NCBI GenBank assembly: GCA_050251875.1
Contig: JBFWMA010000003.1
Location: forward strand, 64,001-128,000
Direction of reading: 5' to 3'
DNA from: Deferribacterales bacterium
Lineage (GTDB): Bacteria > Chrysiogenota > Deferribacteres > Deferribacterales > Geovibrionaceae
DNA: 64,000 bases
Shown here piece by piece: positions 59,861 through 64,000 of the stretch (the stretch's first letter is position 1; the number at the start of each line of letters is the position of its first letter). The position numbers and the translations under genes were made by a program. The notes below the pieces were generated by a model. It was not told the DNA's origin. It saw only the letters and a program-made list of their open reading frames with translations, and did no database searches.

Positions 59861-62350
59861 ATGGAAGATAAAAAACGTATAGTTCCAATAACGATAGAAG
59901 AATCCGTAAAAAACAGCTACCTCGATTACGCCATGAGCGTTATCGTGGGGCGTGCCCTTCCCGATGTGCGTGACGGTCTGAAGCCTGTTCATCGCCGGGT
60001 GCTCTACTCCATGAGCGAAATGGGCGTTTTTTACAATAAATCATATAAGAAATCCGCCCGTATCGTGGGTGACGTAATCGGTAAGTATCACCCCCACGGT
60101 GACAGCGCTGTTTACGACACTCTGGTGCGTATGGCTCAGGATTTCTCTCTGCGCTATCCTCTGGTGGACGGACAGGGTAACTTCGGTTCTGTGGACGGTG
60201 ACAACGCCGCCGCCATGAGATATACCGAGGTTCGTCTCTCTAAAATAGCTGACGAGCTTCTGACCGATCTGGATAAGGACACAGTGGATTTTACCCCTAA
60301 CTATGACGGATCGCTGGATGAGCCCGCTGTGCTCCCCACCCGTGTTCCGGCTCTTCTGGTTAACGGAACCAGCGGTATCGCCGTTGGTATGGCGACCAAC
60401 ATTCCCCCCCACTGTCTCACAGAGGTGATCTCCGCTCTGACTCATATGATAGATAATGAGGACTATACGGAAGACGATCTTCTTCAGATAGTTAAAGGAC
60501 CCGATTTCCCCACATACGGTCTGATTATGGGCAAAAAAGATATCATGAACGCCTATAGAACAGGTCGCGGCTCTATAACTATAAGAGCCCGTGTGGTGAT
60601 AGAAGAGACAAAAACAGGCAAGCCTGTGATTGTTGTCCGTGAGATTCCTTATCAGGTGAACAAAGCGTCTATGATAGAAAAAATAGCCGAACTTGTTCAT
60701 GAGAAAAAGATTACAGGAATTACCGACCTTCGTGATGAGTCTGATAAAGACGGTATCAGGGTTGTAATAGAGCTGAGAAAAGGCGAAAACGCCGAAGTTG
60801 TTCTTAACAGACTCTATAAATTTACACAGATGCAGACATCTTTCGGTTTCAACATGGTTGCTCTGGTGGACGGCAAGCCCCAGACGCTGTCTCTGATGCG
60901 CATCCTTCAGGAGTTCATCAGCCACAGGATAACCGTTGTTACCAGGAGAACAAAATATCTGCTTAGAAAAGCAGAAGACAGACTCCACATTTTGGAAGGT
61001 CTGATCAAAGCTGTTGAAAACATAGACGAAGTTATCAAGACCATCAAAGCCTCTAAAGACACTGCGGACGCTAAGAAAAATCTTTGCGAGCAGTTCGGAT
61101 TCACAGAGGTTCAGTCACAGTCCATTCTGGAGATGAGACTTCAGAAACTGACCGGTCTGGAGATAGAAAAACTTCAGGAAGAATATGAAAATACACTGAA
61201 AGATATTCAATACTACAAAAGCATTCTGGGCGACAGACACGTTATGATGGCTCTTATCAAAGAAGAGCTCGAAGAGGTCAAAGCTAAATACGGCGATGAA
61301 AGACGCACAGAGATAACAGCGGATGTTCAGGATTTTGAAGACGAAGATCTTATCCCGAACACAGAAAAAGTAGTGACAATGACCCATCAGGGATATATAA
61401 AGAGCACACTGCTCAATGCCTACACCGCTCAGAAACGCGGCGGAAAAGGCAAGACAGGCGCCGGAAGCAAGGATGAGGATTTCATCGAGCGTATAATCGT
61501 GACAACAAACCACACAAGGCTCATGTTCTTCACCAACACCGGAAAGGTTCATTACATGAAAGTGTATAACCTGCCTGAAGTAATGAAAGACGCTAAAGGA
61601 AGACACATATCCAACCTGCTCACACTTGAGGCGGATGAATATGTAGCCTCTGTCCTTCCGCTGCCTGCTGATCCTGAGAACAAGTTCCTGTTCTTCGCCA
61701 CCAAAGAGGGTGTTGCTAAGAAGACCAGCCTGACAGAATTCTCCAGCGGTAGAAGCGGTATCGTGGCTATCAAAATGCGTGACGGAGATGAGATCATCGC
61801 CGCCGCCATTACATCTAATGAGGACAGCGTAATCTTCTCTACCAGAGACGGTAAGAATATTCAGTTCTCATCAGAAGATGTCAGACCTATGGGCAGAAGC
61901 GCCACCGGCGTCAGAGGAATCACTCTGGAACCCAGAGACTATGTAGTGTCTATGGAGATACTCACAGGCGAACCCTACATCCTGTCTGTTACCACAGGCG
62001 GATACGGCAAGCTGACTGTGAAAGATGATTACAGACTTCAGTCCAGAGGCGGAAAAGGAATTAAGCTCTGCAGAGTAAGCTCAAAAACAGGATACGTCTG
62101 CGGCGCTAAACAGGTGGACGACAGCGATGAGGTGATCCTGATCACCCGCTCCGGTAAAACCATCAGAATAGAGGCATCCGGAATATCAAAAATGGGCAGA
62201 GACACCATGGGTGTCAAACTCATGGATATCGAAGATGACAACGAGATCATATCATTTGCGGTAATTAAGGAGGGACAGGAAAATGGCGACAGTGATGGAC
62301 GGGAAAGCACTCTCCCAGAAGGTGAGAGCTCAACTGAAACTGAAGGTTGA
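59861..62350 (+). CDS. gyrA: DNA gyrase subunit A
   Basis: [17 protein letters not shown], GyrA-box QKRGGKG. Confidence 0.99.
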   Translation: MEDKKRIVPITIEESVKNSYLDYAMSVIVGRALPDVRDGLKPVHRRVLYSMSEMGVFYNKSYKKSARIVGDVIGKYHPHGDSAVYDTLVRMAQDFSLRYPLVDGQGNFGSVDGDNAAAMRYTEVRLSKIADELLTDLDKDTVDFTPNYDGSLDEPAVLPTRVPALLVNGTSGIAVGMATNIPPHCLTEVISALTHMIDNEDYTEDDLLQIVKGPDFPTYGLIMGKKDIMNAYRTGRGSITIRARVVIEETKTGKPVIVVREIPYQVNKASMIEKIAELVHEKKITGITDLRDESDKDGIRVVIELRKGENAEVVLNRLYKFTQMQTSFGFNMVALVDGKPQTLSLMRILQEFISHRITVVTRRTKYLLRKAEDRLHILEGLIKAVENIDEVIKTIKASKDTADAKKNLCEQFGFTEVQSQSILEMRLQKLTGLEIEKLQEEYENTLKDIQYYKSILGDRHVMMALIKEELEEVKAKYGDERRTEITADVQDFEDEDLIPNTEKVVTMTHQGYIKSTLLNAYTAQKRGGKGKTGAGSKDEDFIERIIVTTNHTRLMFFTNTGKVHYMKVYNLPEVMKDAKGRHISNLLTLEADEYVASVLPLPADPENKFLFFATKEGVAKKTSLTEFSSGRSGIVAIKMRDGDEIIAAAITSNEDSVIFSTRDGKNIQFSSEDVRPMGRSATGVRGITLEPRDYVVSMEILTGEPYILSVTTGGYGKLTVKDDYRLQSRGGKGIKLCRVSSKTGYVCGAKQVDDSDEVILITRSGKTIRIEASGISKMGRDTMGVKLMDIEDDNEIISFAVIKEGQENGDSDGRESTLPEGESSTETEG

Positions 62351-63131
62351 TGAGTATAAGGCTAAATACAGCCGTGTACCCGGTCTGGCTGTAATCCTGG
62401 TTGGTGAGGATCCCGCAAGCCAGGTCTATGTCAGAATGAAGAATAAAAACTGTGAGGAAGCGGGATACAAATCAATCGTAAACCGCATGCCCGACACCAC
62501 CACCACAGAAGAGCTTCTGGCGGTTGTGGAGCAGTATAACAGTGACGACACAATAAATGGTATCCTTGTTCAGCTCCCTCTGCCCAAGCAGATAGATGAA
62601 CACAAAGTTCTGTATGCCATCAAACCGGAAAAAGATGTGGATGGATTCCATCCCTTTAACGTTGGTCTGATGAATATCGGAGAGGAGACACTTTATCCCT
62701 GCACTCCTTACGGATGCATGAAATTCCTTGAAGAATACGGAATTGACACCACTGGAAAGAACGCTGTTGTCATCGGAAGAAGCAATATCGTCGGTAAGCC
62801 CATGGCTTCGCTTCTGCTGAAAGCAAACTGCACTGTGACCATCTGCCATTCAAAAACAAAAAACATGCAGGAGATCTGCCGTCAGGCGGACATTCTTGTG
62901 GCGGCCATCGGAAAACCTGAGTTTGTGACAGCCGATTTTGTGAAAGAAGGCGCTGTTATTCTGGACGTGGGTATCAACAGGGTGGATGACAAACTTGTGG
63001 GCGATGTCGCCTATGAGGAAGTTTCCAAGAAAGCCAGCTGTATCACACCTGTTCCCGGAGGCGTGGGTCCCATGACGATAGCTATGCTTCTGGCAAACAC
63101 CATGAAAGCGTTCGAGGCAACACTGAAATAA
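62283..63131 (+). CDS. folD: Methylene-THF dehydrogenase/cyclohydrolase
   Basis: [40 protein letters not shown]. Confidence 0.98.
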   Translation: MATVMDGKALSQKVRAQLKLKVDEYKAKYSRVPGLAVILVGEDPASQVYVRMKNKNCEEAGYKSIVNRMPDTTTTEELLAVVEQYNSDDTINGILVQLPLPKQIDEHKVLYAIKPEKDVDGFHPFNVGLMNIGEETLYPCTPYGCMKFLEEYGIDTTGKNAVVIGRSNIVGKPMASLLLKANCTVTICHSKTKNMQEICRQADILVAAIGKPEFVTADFVKEGAVILDVGINRVDDKLVGDVAYEEVSKKASCITPVPGGVGPMTIAMLLANTMKAFEATLK

Positions 63132-63134
63132 TAT

Positions 63135-64000
63135 ATGCAGACAATATACGCGGCGATCAGTCCGCTGGTGTCTTCTGCTGTTATCGTGGTTCGGATATCA
63201 GGCAGCAGAGCCGCAGAAATACTTGAAAATACCAACATCAGGGGCTTAATAGATAATATTAAGCCCCGCTATGTTTATAACTGCAGATATCATGGGTCTG
63301 TGACCGATGATGTTCTGCTCACATATTTCAAATCACCAAACTCATACACAGGCGAGGATGTAGTAGAAATATCCTTTCACGGCAATCCGCTGATTGTCTC
63401 ATCCGCTTTTAAGGATTTTGAGGCAATGGGATTCGTAACGGCGGAACCGGGAGAGTTTACCAAGAGAGCCTTTCTGAACGGCAAGATGGATCTGACACAG
63501 GCAGAAGCCGTGGCAGAGCTGATCAGCAGCAAGACTGTTCAGGGAATAGATTATTCTTATCAACAGCTTAAGGGTTCTCTAAGGTCTGAGATAGAAGAGA
63601 TAAAGGATATCTTTATATCTATTCTCACTGTGGTCGAGGCGCATATCGACTTTCCAGAGGAGGATATTGAAGACGCACATGAGAAAATAGTCTTTGATAA
63701 TCTGACTCTCCTTAAAAATCGTCTTACAGATATTACAGGCACATACGCCAGCCATAAGATTATGCGTGACGGATTCCGGATCGCTATTGTGGGCAAGCCT
63801 AATACAGGTAAATCATCTCTGATGAACTATCTGCTGAAAGAGGAGCGAGCCATCGTTTCCGATGTGGCGGGTACAACCAGAGATTATATAGAGTCTGAGT
63901 TTGTGCTGAGCGGTGTTCCGGTGAGTCTGGTGGATACCGCAGGTATGCGTTTCACAGAGGACGCTATAGAACAGGCAGGCATAGACAGAACGCTCAGTGT
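63135..64000 (+). CDS. mnmE: tRNA modification GTPase MnmE (runs off window end)
   Basis: Manual translation: VVRISG, SYTGEDVVE, PGEFTKRAFLNGKMDLTQAEAV, GKPNTGKSS, GTTRD, DTAG. Confidence 0.96.
   Translation, partial: MQTIYAAISPLVSSAVIVVRISGSRAAEILENTNIRGLIDNIKPRYVYNCRYHGSVTDDVLLTYFKSPNSYTGEDVVEISFHGNPLIVSSAFKDFEAMGFVTAEPGEFTKRAFLNGKMDLTQAEAVAELISSKTVQGIDYSYQQLKGSLRSEIEEIKDIFISILTVVEAHIDFPEEDIEDAHEKIVFDNLTLLKNRLTDITGTYASHKIMRDGFRIAIVGKPNTGKSSLMNYLLKEERAIVSDVAGTTRDYIESEFVLSGVPVSLVDTAGMRFTEDAIEQAGIDRTLS

Noticed and set aside
60041..60988. 315-aa minus-strand ORF (and the many other antisense ORFs in the track)
   Set aside because: Lies wholly opposite gyrA; explained by codon bias of the real gene

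Overview
Core chromosomal window (no rRNA, tRNA, CRISPR, prophage or transposase seen) from a flagellated Gram-negative anaerobe-type bacterium. The gene content (CIRCE-controlled groESL, futalosine mqnC, lapAB, Campylobacter-like flhF-flhG-x-fliA-fliM-fliY order) makes me guess Deferribacterales, but this is recall, not a search. Left to right: leuDC; a DUF2239 gene with two palindromic operator-like sites; groES/groEL; a CZB-domain chemoreceptor; a CxxCH sensor kinase; HIT, lapA/lapB, mutS; an RCK+antiporter pair; a minus-strand block (mqnC, kinase, DUF342, uvrA, amidase, glmU, glmS); a 26-kb plus-strand flagellar/chemotaxis cluster with a long tail of unusual accessory genes (OmpA-domain protein, membrane-anchored degenerate Mrr-like protein, PAS-PP2C/STAS/STAS-HEAT/CheR module, degenerate PilZ, pseudo-RACo); a tandem two-domain Hfq coupled to a receiver gene; a candidate oriC without an adjacent dnaA; and dnaN-recF-gyrB-gyrA-folD-mnmE. 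All family assignments come from visual motif recognition only.
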